The notes under the pieces: model-generated
Told to the model about the DNA's origin: nothing
Seen by the model: the letters and a program-made list of their open reading frames with translations, nothing else
Databases searched by the model: none
Origin: Candidatus Kaiserbacteria bacterium
Lineage (GTDB): Bacteria > Patescibacteriota > Minisyncoccia > Phycocordibacterales > UBA12088
DNA: 35,496 nucleotides
Assembly: GCA_007116405.1 (NCBI GenBank)
Contig: SKIN01000044.1
Span: 1 to 35,496 of the forward strand
Direction: 5' to 3'
Position numbers and translations under genes: made by a program
In this document: in pieces, positions 35,045-35,496 of the stretch
How positions within the stretch are numbered: the first letter of the stretch is position 1
How the letters are laid out: each line of letters starts with the position of its first letter

Positions 35045-35131
35045 CGGAGAGGGAGGGATTCGAACCCTCGAGGGAGTTTCCCCCCTACTCGCGTTCCAGG
35101 CGAGCGCCTTCGACCACTCAGCCACCTCTCC
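35045..35131 (-). tRNA. tRNA-Ser (anticodon GGA)
   Basis: Acceptor GGAGAGG/CCTCTCC, D arm GCTGAGTGGTCGAAGGC, anticodon loop CTGGAAC, long variable arm, T arm GAGGG-TTCGAAT-CCCTC, discriminator G. Confidence 0.9.
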
Positions 35132-35228
35132 GTTATGTGATTGTCTTATTTCTAGCCTATCGCAGCCGGCACGGCACCACTATACCATGCAAAGGGCGGC
35201 TTGGATAAGCCGCCCGTGGATGAGGTGG

Positions 35229-35444
35229 TTACGAGATAAGGTCCGGCTCGTTCCGCTCGACATACTTCATCAACTGACGGCCTCGCAAGCCTATTTGTCG
35301 CCCTGTTTCGTACAACTGGGCGCGTATCCTTCGGACGTTCCTGCGAGTGGTGAATTCCTCACCGTCAGTTTCCGGCTCTTTCAGAGCCGGGCTCGAAAAA
35401 CGCGGCCTGCATCCGGTCGCGACCCAACGATCGCCTCTGCTCAT
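35229..35444 (-). CDS. Hypothetical small basic protein (71 aa)
   Basis: AGGAG lies about 5 nt upstream of the ATG, and the hairpin GGGCGGCTT-GGAT-AAGCCGCCC follows the stop. No recognisable motif. Confidence 0.4.
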   Translation of the reverse strand: MSRGDRWVATGCRPRFSSPALKEPETDGEEFTTRRNVRRIRAQLYETGRQIGLRGRQLMKYVERNEPDLIS

Positions 35445-35496
35445 AACATCTCCTGCGCTGTGGAACCTTTACGAGCGTATCACTGGTTGTTTACCT

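Noticed and set aside
1-35496. CRISPR arrays, integrases, transposases, and toxin-antitoxin or known defence gene signatures.
   Set aside because: No regularly spaced short repeats were seen, and none of the ORF translations shows the characteristic motifs. The only repeats found are those listed above.

Overview
This 35.5 kb chromosomal segment is mostly housekeeping genes. All calls come from reading the sequence and the ORF track by eye; no searches were run.

Gene content:
- Minus strand: a short dcw block (mraZ-rsmH-ftsL-like-ftsI-murF), parB, xseAB, rpmG, clpB, a NifS/IscS-like cysteine desulfurase, gyrA.
- Plus strand: an Rel/SpoT homolog, miaA, infB-rbfA, rpsA, and a fur-family gene coupled to a CooC/MinD-type ATPase.
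- RNA genes: RNase P RNA and nine tRNAs (Glu, Leu-CAA, Trp, Tyr, Cys, Leu-UAA, Lys, Leu-UAG, Ser-GGA).
- UGA works as a stop codon (murF ends in TGA at a normal length), so the standard bacterial code applies.

The minimal IF2, the RRM protein, the membrane-anchored orphan solute-binding protein and seven pilin-like membrane proteins together suggest a Patescibacteria/CPR-type genome. That is inference only.

Main leads:
1. Two homologous structured elements of unknown class, about 165-180 nt (15433-15597 and 34830-35006). Each sits just past a tRNA gene and a bidirectional terminator and is bracketed by direct repeats. They share tRNA-like sequence blocks and a hairpin that covaries completely.
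2. A pilin-like gene set: five tandem small TrbC/VirB2-like genes behind an orphan solute-binding protein, plus two larger proteins. The two larger proteins carry one ~105-aa cysteine-bearing two-helix membrane module at opposite ends, and one may end in a LAS-type zinc peptidase domain.
3. An AT-richer islet beside tRNA-Glu, with an 11-nt repeat of the tRNA 3' end and a recurring palindrome.

No CRISPR array, integrase, transposase or recognisable defence gene was seen.
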